64,000 bases of DNA from Octopus vulgaris (taxonomy: Eukaryota): positions 64,852,001 through 64,916,000 of the forward strand of contig OX597816.1 in assembly GCA_951406725.2 (NCBI GenBank), written 5' to 3'. Position numbers and translations under genes: made by a program. The notes beneath the pieces were generated by a model. The model did no database searches and was not told the DNA's origin. It saw nothing but the letters and a program-made list of their open reading frames with translations. Below are positions 1 through 13,906 of this stretch, in pieces (within the stretch, counting starts at the first letter, position 1; each line of letters starts with the position of its first letter).

Positions 1-72
1 AACGTGACGGCAGACGAAATACGGCTACGCATTTCGCCCGGCATGCTAACGTTTCTGCCAGCTCGCCGCCTT
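1..72 (-). mobile_element. tRNA-derived SINE family A, head (cut by window edge)
   Basis: Reverse complement starts AAGGCGGCGAGCTGGCAGAAACGTTAGCA, matching the heads at 1756, 43692 and 54560. Confidence 0.85.
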
Positions 73-278
73 ACAGGTGAAGAATATAGCCGATGCTGCT
101 ACTGCTGTTCTCAGAGGAGATCCAAACATAGGCAGAGCAGAGAAGGAAGCGATATCACCATCCTTAGGCAGGCAGCAAACGGCGTAGTAGAATGTCTCTT
201 CCTTCCGCACAAGTCCAGCTGTATCAATGTCTCCCATTCGCTCTTTCTCTCTCCCTCTCCCCCCTCTCCTTCTCTCTT

Positions 279-322
<44 letters not shown>

Positions 323-462
323 ACACACACACACACGCACACATACATTTGTATTGACGGAAATGGGAGAAGTGTCGGAAAACTAGGAAAAAATTTAAAT
401 ATAAGATGCAAAATTTAAATATAAGATGCAAAATATAGACTCAGTTTTCAGTTTTATCAAAA

Positions 463-725
463 GGATAGACATCCCTCACCATACGCTTGCTGAAACATCT
501 TCAATGTTTCTGTAGCCAACATTCCAAGTTTAACGGAAAATTTCACCTTGACTCTTTACTCCTGTTCTAGACAAAATCGCAGACCACAGCATACACGTGA
601 TCACAAAAACACAAATATCACAACGATGTCATTCGGCACACTGGTTCACTGCGCAGGCAACCGTGTGCTAAGAACTGTTGGTGCGCTACAGAACTAGTCT
701 GGGAACTTTTTCATACCACCTCGTA
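463..725 (-). mobile_element. Mariner-type transposon 5' end: TIR plus decayed transposase N-terminus
   Basis: Minus strand starts TACGAGGTGGTATGAAAAAGTTCCC (TA plus mariner-like TIR) and later encodes E*RVKVKFSVKLGMLATETLKMFQQAYGEGCLS, which resembles the mariner N-terminal HTH motif EQRxxIKFCVKLGKSATET. Confidence 0.75.
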
Positions 726-744
726 TTATTATTATTGTTATTAT

Positions 745-1278
745 TCATATGCACACAACAGATTAGACTGTTGGAAAATAAAAATAATTCTAACATCGGG
801 CTACAGCAAATACCCTTAAATGTCAAGAATCCTCCTAGATATCCTAGCTGTCCCTAATAACACGATTATCTAGAGCTGTACTCAACTGGATTTTATGCCT
901 ATTTCCTCTATCCTTCTGTTCAAATCTTTAGGGATAGTTCCCTATGCACGATAGTGCCCTATGCTGGAATACATTTAACACGCAATTTTTATAGTCTCTG
1001 TAATTCAGTTGTAGGTCTTGGTAGTTTGCTTTATTTTCTCCCATATTCATTTTTTTCATCGTTTGGGACTGTAAAGTCAGTTATCTGGCACTTTCTATTC
1101 TCTTTATCTACTACTATTAAATCAGGCCTGCTAGCTTCTATTACTCTAAATGTTAAAGTCCCACAAGATCTTGTATTTCTTACTCTCTAGTACTTTACTA
1201 AGGTCATGTTCATACCATTTATCAGTATGTTCAAATCCTAGCTTTCTACATAACTCCCGATGGATTACTCTCCCTAGC
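745..1278 (-). mobile_element. R4/Dong-clade RLE non-LTR retrotransposon, decayed 3' fragment
   Basis: Minus-strand pieces LGRVIHRELCRKLGFEHTDKWYEH..KILWDFNI, RVIEASRPDLIVVDKENRKCQITDFTVP and VLLGTARISRRILDI* match the PD-(D/E)xK endonuclease C-terminus; (TAA)n lies on both sides. Confidence 0.8.
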
Positions 1279-1340
<62 letters not shown>

Positions 1341-1350
1341 GTTGTTGTTA

Positions 1351-1418
<68 letters not shown>
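1279..1418. repeat. (TTA)n/(TAA)n microsatellite, the tail or target of Dong-type elements
   Basis: About 140 bp of TTA with a few TTG units; it produces the poly-Leu ORF 1150..1452. Confidence 0.95.
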
Positions 1419-1510
1419 TGTTTGGCTTTCTCTTTCTAATTGTACGAGTTGACTCTAAGTCTCCTGGAGAAACCTCAAGAGACAATAAGTTCGAATTTCA
1501 AGATGGTGTT
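1418..1510 (-). mobile_element. Dong-type LINE 3' UTR remnant
   Basis: Reverse complement TGTCTCTTGAGGTTTCTCCAGGAGACTTAGAGTCAACTCGTACAA resembles the 3' UTR at 42197-42243 and runs into the (TAA)n tail. Confidence 0.65.
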
Positions 1511-1560
1511 ATATTTTAATTTTGCACAAAGTATTTGTTGTAGAGAATGTCTCTGAAAAC

Positions 1561-1756
1561 AAGGCCAGAAATTTTCGAGGCGGGGCCAGTCGATTAGATG
1601 AAACCCAGTACGCAACTGGTACATAATTTATCGACGTCGAAAGGATGAAAGGCAAAGTTGACCTCGGCGGAATTTGAAGTCGGAACGTAAACACAGGCGA
1701 AATACCACTAAGCACTTCACCCGGTGTGCTAACGTTTCTGCCAGCTCGCCGCCTTA
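1561..1756 (-). mobile_element. SINE family A
   Basis: Head GGCGGCGAGCTGGCAGAA followed by the central block CCGCCGAGGTCAACTTTGCCTTTCATCCTTTCG. Confidence 0.85.
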
Positions 1757-2899
1757 ATCCATCGGATTATCCATGGAGCAGCTGGTATTTACGCCGTCAA
1801 CATGAAACATTTTCCAGTTTGCAATATTATATTTCAAAGCCTTTTAAACTCTGGAGATAAAAAAAATTGGTAATTACCATGGTCAGCGATAGTACAAAAT
1901 CAGAAATATTCTCTACTTGTCGTCGGAAGTACGTATTCATGGAGTGCATACATGACCACGAAAATGCAAGGTCAATTTATGACTGCAGGTCAAGATCGTA
2001 TGCTTTTCCTAATCCTACATCCAGTAATCCTCCGACCAAGAATGATATCCGTTACAGGATTTGAGCAACGATAATCAGCCTACATGTTGCTCTGAAAAAA
2101 CATTACAACGCATCATTCACTAAATATAAATGCGTGTGTTATATACGTATACGTACATACCCGCTTATAGATTCGTGTTTGTGTGTGCGCGTGTGTGTGT
2201 GTGTGTATCGATACACACAAAAACGCACAAGGTTATTGCATCTATTTGATTATTAAAGCAACGAATTATGGCATGCTATAGAAGAATAGACGTTATATTC
2301 TATTATCAAAAATGATAAATGAATTTCATATATAAAATCATTTGTGTATTTCCATACGGTTTCCATTGCTAACATATTTCGTTTTTTTTTTAACATCTTC
2401 TTCCTATACACACATATCTTTTACAAGCCATTACATAGAAGTACGTATTACGTGCCCGTATTGAGGGAGAAGTCGTATGAATAAATACTATATAATTATC
2501 CAATTTATTATATTTTAATTATATCAATTCATTGTATTGAATAAAAGATTTATTGAAATATCTATTTTAGAAGCTCGGCACAAGTAGAGTAGTATTTAGA
2601 ATTTTTAAATTTTGATTCATTTCTCTCACTTCGAAATATTAAACTTAGCAATTTCAAAAGGTTTCATAGAAATTCGAAAATCACCACAGGGTATTAGTTG
2701 GAGTTTAAACTAAATACGAAATCCTTAGAAATATCTGCAAACGAATCGATTTTTCTCCATGAACGTTACATAAAATAAATCGTTTCTCTCTCTTCTAATG
2801 TAGACATTCATCAACAATAACATTTAATCAAACATCCTGTTCAATGTTTTGACATACCACATGTAGTGGTGACATGTGAGCTAAAACGACTGTGATTCG

Positions 2900-2942
2900 T
2901 ATATGAGTGTATGTATATATATATATATATACACATATGTAT

Positions 2943-3026
<84 letters not shown>

Positions 3027-3355
3027 CCACACACAGAGCAGGGACTGATAGACAGAGAGCGACAGATATAGCCAGATATGTGTGTGTCTGTGCGTTTTTG
3101 TGTGTGTGCGCGCACGTTTATACATATATTTATATATATATATATATATATATGCATTTATATATATATTTATATATATACATATATATATATATTTATA
3201 TATATGTACACATTTATATATATATTTATATATATATACACATTTATATATATATATTTATATATATACATCTATATATATATTTATATATATTTATACA
3301 TATACATATATATATATATCTATATATATTTATACATATACATATATTTATATAT

Positions 3356-3403
<48 letters not shown>
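2900..3403. repeat. Compound (TA)n/(CA)n microsatellite field
   Basis: Read directly; it is the source of the YIYI and HTHT ORFs. Confidence 0.95.
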
Positions 3404-3406
<3 letters not shown>

Positions 3407-3796
3407 CGATTCATACGTTTCAATAGTTCCTTTTATATTTCCGTTTTACCATTTTCCCTCCAATTTGCATACGTTTGTATACATTACCAGAGAATGCTGT
3501 AGCTAATTCATGAGATGAGCTGCCTTTATTTCCACCCTCGGAATAATGGCATAACTATGCAAATAGATTACAGTACAATATCAGGATGTGTCATTAGTGA
3601 ACAATTCATTAGGTATTGTCGAGATATAATTAAGATTTCTGTGTTGGATATGGGTACGCATGCACCTATTGAAAGTGGGTACGCGTACACCTATTTGTAA
3701 TTGTGAACTTATGATATGTATGTATTTGTGTATGCATATATACATGTGTTTGTGTATACAATAAATATCAGCAAAATAGCTGTCGATATATATGTG

Positions 3797-3838
<42 letters not shown>

Positions 3839-4427
3839 TATGTATGTATGTATGTATGTGTTTTTGTGTGTGTATGCATAGGTATATGCATATATTCTCT
3901 AGAGTTTCAAATATTTACAAAGGAGTTGGCAATCTTCGTTTATCTCAGCACATTCTTCCAGATGGAAAACAAAAATTTTCTGTATGTGTGTAGAAAATCG
4001 AAAATATTCATAAACGAAATAAATCAATTAATCTACTACTGGAATTTCTCTGAATATTTTGACATTTTGAATATTTGTGTAGCGTCTCTGTTTATAAAGA
4101 GAAATGTTCAGCGAACGGGAGAGATTACGATATTCTTTTTTTTTTTTTTCTACCTCATCTCGCTTTATGACCAATATACATCAGTAAAATGATATAAGCG
4201 ATAGTAATAAAGATGTCAGCTATTGTACGAAGAGAATGTAGCCCTGCGATGAACTCGACATAATGCTAGAGTAGATAAATAAACTTGTACACATGCATCT
4301 ATCAATACAGATTTGGGGCACGCAGTTAGATGCATGAGTATATACCCATATGCACACAAAATGATGATTACATACACATACATACCTGCATGTGTTTGTG
4401 TATATATATATATACATTTATACATAT

Positions 4428-4476
<49 letters not shown>

Positions 4477-4521
4477 CATACATACATACATACGTACGTA
4501 CGTACGTACATACATACGTAC

Positions 4522-4575
<54 letters not shown>

Positions 4576-4924
4576 GTGTCTTTTTAAGTATATACACCCA
4601 CGTGCGTGTATATTTGTGTGCGCGTGCCCGTGTATACATTTTCATATTTTTAAGCAACATATTGTTTATGGTATATTACTGGTGACAGTTTGGGGTGTTA
4701 CCTTCGGAGTCCCGTCGACTACTGTAGCTAGGTAATATTGTACTCTTGTGACATACTAGCCAGATGCTCATTCTATTCTGTGATTCAGTATTGGTAAAAA
4801 GAAACGGAATGAAATGTAATGAAAAATTATGTTTTTCTCCACGAGGAAAAGAGGGTGAAATATATCGGCTTGGTGTTTGTAAGATAGGCGTTGTCTGGTT
4901 CTAATATGGCATGCCCCTCACCAA

Positions 4925-5030
4925 AAAGGGCAGTAACTGAAAATGTGCTTTCTGAGTTTAGGAAAGAGTCTGGGTTGTGTGAATTTCATGTAATGAGTCT
5001 CCTCTCCTTGAAGCAGCAGAGCGTACATCT
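4925..5030 (-). mobile_element. Possible Naiad-like Penelope element C-terminal remnant
   Basis: Minus strand encodes RCTLCCFKERRLIT*NSHNPDSFLN, then after a frameshift RKHIFSYCP; this resembles the RCxLCLxEK...LNKRxE...C terminus of PLE proteins. Highly decayed. Confidence 0.4.
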
Positions 5031-5119
5031 TATAAGAAACGAACTACGGTTATTTTGGTCTCTCTAGCCTTCCGGAGTTAAGAGCGTGGGGTCAGAACTT
5101 TCCTGAACCTGCTCAGAGC

Positions 5120-5243
5120 GTTCCCGGTTCAGTCCCACTGCATGGCACCTTGGTCAAGTGTTTTCTACTAGAACCTCGGGCCAACCAAAGCCTTGTGAGT
5201 GGATTTGGTAGACGGAAACTGAAAGAAGCCCGTCGTATATATG

Positions 5244-5309
<66 letters not shown>

Positions 5310-5525
5310 TGTGTGTGTGTGTCTGTGTTAGTCCCCCGAACATCGCTTGACAACCGATGCTGGTGTGTTTGTGTCTCCGTAACTTAGCGGTTCGGCAAAA
5401 GAAACCGATAGAATAAGTACTAGGCTTACAAATAATAAGTGTTGGGGTCAATTTGCTCGACTAAAGGTGGTGCTTCAGCATGACCGCAATCAAATGACTG
5501 AAACAATTAAAAGAGTAAAAGAGTA
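5120..5525 (+). mobile_element. tRNA/CORE-like SINE family B with internal microsatellite, 5' truncated
   Basis: B box GGTTCAGTCCC, CORE-like ACCTTGGTCAAGTG, internal (TA)/(TG)n, and 3' part ending in AAAAGAGT repeats. Confidence 0.9.
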
Positions 5526-6036
5526 TGTGGACATATATGCGTATGTTGCTTGTATCATCGTGAAACGAGACCCAACGGAGAATTTTCGACAGTTGTGTCA
5601 CTCACAAGTTATGTGAGTGAAATGTGTATTTTCGAAGCAGTTTACATTTCAATTGTTTACTCTTTAATAAGTAGTCTTTCAATACACTCATCAATGTTTG
5701 GGAGACAAGAGTTGGGGAATCGCGAAGAATTGTTAAATAGTAATGACATCTCCCAGCATTACTAAAGCACACCGTGAGTTTCACGCAGTGAGACTAAAGA
5801 TAAGTAGATACGATTCAGTATAATACACGTTGTTTACCATTTCGATGTGTTTTTTTATGATGCATTTTAGTAGGTGTATCATCACTTGTTTGTTCGCGGA
5901 GAAATCATAGCCTCAAACCTGTGGACGTCCCTTTAAAGGTAGTTTTACAACCCTAATATCATTCCAAACTCACAATATGTCTCGGTTTTAAGAGATGTTT
6001 GATTGATAATAGGTCATTGAGAGGTGGAGGAACTTC

Positions 6037-6537
6037 TGTGCCTGGTGTCCAGCAAACTGGACTCTTCTACATTTCACAAGAGATGATACAGGTGGTAGTT
6101 TCCCATATATTTGTACTTTGGTTGGGTTACGCTTCCACGAGAGATTTTGAGCGCTCATAAGGAGGCGAGTGTAAGTTCCATCCAACGGCCTCTCAGGCTT
6201 CTTTGGTAACGTCCAGGTTTCTGAGCCATATAGTAGAATTGGTTCGACTGTGGCTTTGAAGATTTTAAGTTTGAAATCTCTACTTAGATTTGATGACCAC
6301 ATCTTATGCATATGTTGTAGAGCTGAAAACGATGTAATTTCTACTCCTCTCCTCTGGAAGCTATCTGCTCGCGATACCAGAGGGCGCACACTCTCCTACC
6401 CTGATGTAATCTCCAGGGATACAGGCATCCAGCAACAGGACCTCCGTAATGCTATGATGGACCTTGAAGTCTGGCGTAACATAGTAGATTCCTTTGTCTC
6501 GACCACGGTCGAACAATGATGGTGATGTGCCTGGTGT
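6037..6537 (+). mobile_element. RTE-type LINE 3' fragment with inverted 5' part and a 12-bp TSD
   Basis: Minus segment 6045-6312 encodes KLKIFKATVEPILLYGSETWTL...RRVQFAGH. Plus segment 6313-6519 continues CCRAEN..LLWK..RGRTLSYPDVISRDTG..WRNIV and ends in a TGA-type tail. TSD TGTGCCTGGTGT at 6037-6048 and 6526-6537. Confidence 0.9.
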
Positions 6538-7253
6538 GGAGACAGTTGGTAATTATCCCGCGTCCTCAGCCATGACTCCAATGCTCGGAAAATTGAGTGA
6601 ACTCGATTAAGGGGTGCCGGAAGAAAGAGTTAAACTAGGAGAGGAATTAATTCTACCAGCCAAGAAAAGAAATTGTCCTACATACAGATTCCAACAGGTT
6701 TCCATCTCACAACTTTCACATACGAGGTTTCCATCGACACCATTTTGCCGTAAAAGTCTTTTGGTCAAGGTGCTGCATAGAGATATCTAGGCCGAAACTT
6801 CATGGTTCTAAACCCAAGTTCTCCGCCACACTTCCATGCCAGTATTTAAATACTTTGTAATAACTGGGTACAATAACTGTTTAATTTGTTTATTTTCTTC
6901 CCAAAGACACGACTTAATAGAAATGTTAACATCAATTTTTCATGAAATGATGAGACTATCTACGCAGCTTTATTCTGACCAACAAATAAATTACAAAATT
7001 AATTATAAATATTTATGATAATGCCAGGATTTAAGAAAATTGTTGGATGTGTATCATAATAAACACAAGTTTACTTATACAAGGTTACCTACAAACTACA
7101 AAAATCCCAAGTGGAATTTGAACAATCGAACTTTAAAGTTTTAAAACTTATGCTTTCAAAAACATATTACGTCAAATAAATAAACCGTGGAATACTCATA
7201 AAATCATTTTAAGAAGATTAATTGCTGCATTCATATAATACTGTTATACTCAC

Positions 7254-7283
7254 CTCAAAATCAGATATAGTGACTTAGTGTTT
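7254..7283 (-). other. Candidate 30-nt microexon
   Basis: Acceptor TTCTTGTCTTCCTACAG and donor GAG|GTGAGT; frame-preserving length; one open frame (x)NTKSLYLIL(R/S). Confidence 0.25.
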
Positions 7284-10200
7284 CTGTAGGAAGACAAGAA
7301 CTATCGGTATCATTCGGAAACATCTTTCGTGTTAAGTCACGCCGTTGTAAGAATTCTGAAGAAAGAGAAAATCTATTTCACTATGTCAAAGTTAATTTAT
7401 TTTTGTTTTGTAGGTTTATGTTTGCAGTTAATCGCTGAGAATGAATTATAGATAAACGTCTGACACTGGCATTTTACCCAGTTCAGTATTGTGTTAGGTG
7501 CCTCTCTTTATCGCAGACATTAATCAAAGGCCATGTCACGTTATTTGAAGCCAATATTAATGCTATTAGAAGGATCTTTCGAAAACAGAGTCAACGTTTC
7601 CATGATTGCTTTAGTAAGATAGTACATCTGTCTGTCTACATTAGACAGATCATTGATCATATACTAAAATACATGGAGAAACTGTCTAATACATAAATAA
7701 CAACAGCAGTTTAGGATTAAGACTCTGAAGAAAACAAACCCTATTTTTTGTTCAAATGAATAATTACAATTATTTACTAAGAAAAAATATTTCACATATT
7801 AAAATGAATAAGTTATTAAAATATTTCAAAATTCGAAATACTAATGTAATTAATTCACTATTTTTAATATGCATATTCGCATTTAATAATGTGTAAATAG
7901 GGAGCTCCTTATTGTTTGCCAATTTATTTTATTCCTACTTATAACAACTTCATTTATATTTTATGTGCTTCATTTGAATATGTATGATAGTATTTAGGGA
8001 ATGTATTTCAACATATCGTATGAAGTGTGGGAATATATTTCAGCATATACTATAGTGTGTTTATTAATTTATACATAACTATATTTGATTTAAATTACAT
8101 CATTAATTTGATAAAAAAAATAATAACTGTCTTTTATACCGCATGCTTTCAAAAGATGCAAACATCAAGGAAACATATATTGACTGAAGCAGTGAGGCTG
8201 TATTTAATTAAACATTTGATTATGCATTTGAAGTAAAAGTAGCAAAGTTCATTGGAATATTCTACATAGACAGTTACATCATCAAAGCTCAGTAAAGTAA
8301 ATAAAGAAACAAGTGAAAGCAGCGAAAAATTTAAACATATCTGGTCATATTAATTAATTAGTTATAGAATCAGTTTTAAAACTACGTTCTTTGCTAGATT
8401 TAATATAATGAGAGAAAAAAACCTAGTAGCTCAGAATTATATAGAATTTTGTATTTATCAGATGTGAAGCCTATTAGATGAAAATATTAAAATATGACTA
8501 CCAAATAATTCCATGTTTGGAAATGTGCTTTGTTCATGGTATTAAAATATTCACCTGCAGCTTGTATCAGTTATGCAAAGTTATGCCTTTCAAATAACAA
8601 CATTTCGGCTTTTTGAATGTCGAAGGTTCAACACGATACAATCATTTTCACAAATTAATATACACGAATATTTGTAGTTCAATACAAAAATCGATTAAAA
8701 CTTTATGAGTTCTTGTCTATCCAATTAAGATAGCAACGAGATATTTTATTATACATCGTAGAAAATGTGAACTATTTTGGCGTCAATGGAATGTATATCT
8801 GTCTTGGATGAATAAATGTAGCCTGAATGGGACAACAATAACAATAAAACAAACGATGTCGGAGCAAGTTATCACTACTGGATATACTGCGAGAAATCCC
8901 TTTAATTCCAATAATTCAGGCGACAATTATCATCATGAAGTGAATGTTTTGGAACAATACACCAGAATTTATGCTATATACCAAGTATCGAAAATAAATA
9001 CTTGATAAAATAACGACGCAAGTCTTGTCTAATATGCCTATCCACCAAATTGTAAATGTTTCAAGATAATGATATGCAGTAATCATATAAACCCAAACGT
9101 TCTGTTAAAAATTACGATATAAGAAATCTTTACGACTTCAGGCGACCAAATAATACGAGACAAATATTGTAACCATTGACAAAATGTGACAATAATTTAC
9201 TGCTTGCTGATATACCAATACCGAATATTTATCATGAATATCAAGAATGAACAAAACTTAATGACATTTGAGGAATCTGTGTATTTGCAAAGAAAGTGTC
9301 GCATAGAACCACTTTAGCAAAGAAATTGGCAGATTACCTATAAAGATATTGTATGCACATTCCTGCAAAAAAGCAGTTTTAGGATCTGTAAATATGGTTA
9401 AGTAGTTCTCGCACAGAATCTGATCACCTTGTACATTTTATGCACGTTTTCGAATGTGTGGGTAATTCTTTTTTGAGAAATGGAAAGTTTCGATGCATAT
9501 CTCTCAAGCTGCGAAAACTATAAATGATAATAACAATAGACGAAAACGCTGTAAAAGTAATAATGCTGAGATAGAGGAAGAGAAAAAAAAAACTTAGTTA
9601 TAATAACAATAATATTCGGAATCTTCCTCACAGAGAAAAACTGTATGCTAAATTGATTTAAAATAAATATCAAAATATCAGTCTGCAAAAACGACAGAAA
9701 TGCAAGTAAAGCACAAATACTATTTTATGTTGTGTGAAGATGTGATCAAAAGATATTCTATTCATTTTTGCTTCCAGGACTGAGTTCTAAATATATTATA
9801 AAATTGCTTCTTATTTCCGAATGAAGTGCTTAACAAAGAAAATGGAGACTTTCTTTTACGTTTATAAAATCATAATGTGACATACAAATTTATCCAGGAG
9901 TACTTGTGTATTATATACTCGGTTGTGTGCGGTTATATTTTGTTATATTGCTTTCGTCTCTGTTTGATAAAAATTATTTCCTGTTTCAGACGCTCCCGTC
10001 GCCTCTCCATCCTCCATTTCTTTATCAAATTACTTTTTTATGCCATCTATATTATTTTCGTCTGAGTTTCCTTCATGCTTTCTTACATCTCAACTTCGTG
10101 TGATTTTAAATTTACCTAGAGCAGCACTTTCCTGATAATCCTATTTATAACGTAATTATTTTTGATTCAAATATTCCAGAAAGTTTTCCAAAAACCCATG

Positions 10201-12179
10201 TTCTGTTTTTAATAACCTAAAACATAAAACATTTATCTTTTATGTTGAAGGTTGCTTGGAGCCATGTTGATGTGTCAAGGGAATTTTTTCAATGTTATGT
10301 TTTTATAATCGGAATTAGAACTTTTATATTATGATTTAAATGATAGAATGACATAGAACCTACAATACTAGAAAACAGAACGACACACTGCAATAGATGA
10401 TCATATAATTCATTACTGTGCTTCATGAGGGTAAAACCCGTTACAAAAGGTGGCAGTACAATCCACTCTTATGATGAACTGCAACACGATAATGTTGATC
10501 AGAATATCGTCATTCTACTGTATTTTATTAAACTCTCCTCGCTAGTAAAGGCCATGGCTCAAGTTCATTTCCTCTATATTCTCTTTTCTTCGTAACAATA
10601 ATTTATCATTCCTAAACTCAGGCATGATTCTTAAAAGTGCCTCAATTACCTTAATAAATTGAAGATAAATTGATGTAGCTTTAGCATAGAACGTACCTAA
10701 ATGTGAAGCAATTTATCTTCTCTATTCAGAAAGACAGATAGATTAACGATATAACTATTGAAATCGTGAAATCGTGAATACAAGGAAACCAAATCTGGTT
10801 GACGTCAGAAAAATTAATAGGAAACTTCTTAGAACAGTTGAATTCTATCGAAAGAAGAATAGATCTAACATTTAGAGCGCTTCCTCTTCTTTCGAGTGAC
10901 CGAATATATATATTCGTGCTATCTGCTTTAACGAGATATTATCAAACGCCTGCCATTTAGTAAAACACGTTACAGTATCAGAAAATAAAAAGACTGGAGT
11001 TCAAGTATTTCAGAGATTTATATCACTGAAACTACGCCAAAAAAACGAAAGATATTTTGGACAAACATAAAGTCCAAAGTAATTATTCTGAGCTGTTATT
11101 CCTCGGTGCTAGAAATAGCACCTCTCATATTACATTGTGTGTTATTAGATGGAAGAAAATTGTTGTTTTTGATACACTGAATAACACATTGAAAAAAAAA
11201 GACAAAATTATTACAGCTACAAATATTTTCAGAACTAAAAATTACTTAGGGTTTACTCTGCTCAAAATCAGTGCTGACTTCATGAAAAGTATCAATACTA
11301 AGGAATATTTGAAGTTCTATGTTTATAATAAATAACAACGTCACGATGACCACAAAAATACCATACACACATGCACACACACGCACACTCTCACAAATAC
11401 ACACACATACACACTCTGGCAGAGTAATATTTAAGATTTCTAATGCCATTATGCAACAATCTTGGCAGATATTCTGATATAATATTCTACAAGAATCAAA
11501 ACTGCTTGTGAAGTAAAATGCTTAATGTACATTTTGGTTTTCTAGTCTAAAAATCTTATTTTTGTATGAATGTCCATAAGTTAATTTCGTGTAGTAATCC
11601 AGTTTTACTTTATGGTCTCAATATATCAAAATTCTTATTTCCAAAATATTCCCAAACCTCATCATAATAAGATATTAGAATTTGCTATCTCAGTAATCCA
11701 AACGAAATGGTCATGTATTATATAGCGAACTGCAACGTTATAGTCACGTTAACAGACAGTTAAATTTCATTATTCAACGTAGAAAGATTGGACAATACAT
11801 AAAGCATAGCATCAAGCTAAAGTTACAGTAAAATAAAGAAAACGAAATCAAGATTTACATATACATCTTGCACTAACCGAATTTATAGCTTAATGTATTT
11901 CAGAGAAGAGAAAAACGATTAAAGATTCGTTAAGCAAGATATACACTACAAATCGATATTTGAAAATTATCTGCAGGAAATGGTATCTTATATTGTTCTA
12001 TACATACACAGTTATGTTAAATATTTTATATCTGTGCATATAAATGTCTAAACGTATACATGGTTGGTTTCTGTATGTTTTTTTATGAAAATATGTATAG
12101 GACGCGTCTTTTAGAATGTGTATATATTCGGATTGTAAATGTAAATCTATGTATACATGAATACATATACATACACATA

Positions 12180-12257
<78 letters not shown>

Positions 12258-12356
12258 AATGTATATATGTATATATGTATATATATTATATATATATATA
12301 TGTATATATATATATGTATGTATGTATATGTATATATATTATATATATATATAAAG

Positions 12357-12388
<32 letters not shown>

Positions 12389-12514
12389 GTTAATGTATAT
12401 ATGTATATATGTATATATATTATATATATATATATGTATATATATATATGTATGTATGTATATGTATATATATTATATATATATATATAAAGATATATAT
12501 ATATATATGTATAT

Positions 12515-12547
<33 letters not shown>

Positions 12548-12551
12548 ATGC

Positions 12552-12602
<51 letters not shown>

Positions 12603-12745
12603 GGATGGATGGATGGATGGATGGATCGATCGATGGAGGGATACATATCTATTCTTATGTATGTATGAGCATGCGCTTTTTTATGTATGCGCATACATAC
12701 ACACAGATAATATATATACGTGTATATATATATATATATATATAA
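12180..12745. repeat. (TA)n field with a duplicated higher-order unit
   Basis: The unit ATATGTTAATGTATATATG...ATAAAGATAT occurs twice, near 12251 and 12385. Confidence 0.9.
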
Positions 12746-12910
12746 AGGCGCAAGCGTGGCTGCGTGGTAAGAAGCTTGCTTCCCAACCACATGGTTCTGA
12801 TTTCAGTCCCACCGTCTGGCACCTTGGGCAAGTGACTTCTACTATAGCATCGAGCTGACCAAAGCATTTTGAGTGGATTTGGCACACGGAAACTGAAACA
12901 AGCTCGACAC
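12745..12910 (+). mobile_element. SINE family B, head half
   Basis: TGGCTGCGTGGTAAGAAGCTTGCT...CACCTTGGGCAAGTG...GGAAACTGAAA. Confidence 0.85.
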
Positions 12911-12918
12911 ATATATGT

Positions 12919-12969
<51 letters not shown>

Positions 12970-13351
12970 CGTGCGTGTGTGGTGTATGTGTACGTTTATA
13001 TGAACATCTTAATGTATACATCTGCACATATCGATCTAACTAGCTATGTATTTGTATATGTATATAAACAAGGACACTTACACACACACACACGTGTAAA
13101 TATGTGTGTATGTATGTGCGTGTAGATATATATATCTCTATGTGATGTGTGCATACGAAAATATGTAATTATATAGATGTATGCGCATCTAGTTGTACAG
13201 TGTATTCAAAAATGTTTATATGACAAATAAATATGCATAAGAAATGAGATAAAGGAAGATGCGTTCAACGGAAGACGATACAGAGATTGAGAGGGTATAT
13301 ATACATACATATATATATGTGTGTGTGTGTGTGTATGTATGTATTATAGGC

Positions 13352-13406
<55 letters not shown>

Positions 13407-13655
13407 AATAGAGAGAAAGAGGTGTATGTAAGCCAATGTATGTGCATGTATTTACGTGTTGTTTTTACGTGTTCAGAGTCGATTACACACAAACATATTT
13501 GCCTTCGTTCACATTTCTTGTGCGGCCCATAAACACGCAGAAAAATATACGTGGACACACTTGCACAAATATACGCAGAGCACACATATGTATATATGTA
13601 TACCTACATACATATAATATATATAAATATTTATATATATATATACACACATATA

Positions 13656-13702
<47 letters not shown>

Positions 13703-13719
13703 ATATATATATAAATATG

Positions 13720-13787
<68 letters not shown>

Positions 13788-13804
13788 TAAATATGTATAT
13801 ATAA

Positions 13805-13906
<102 letters not shown>

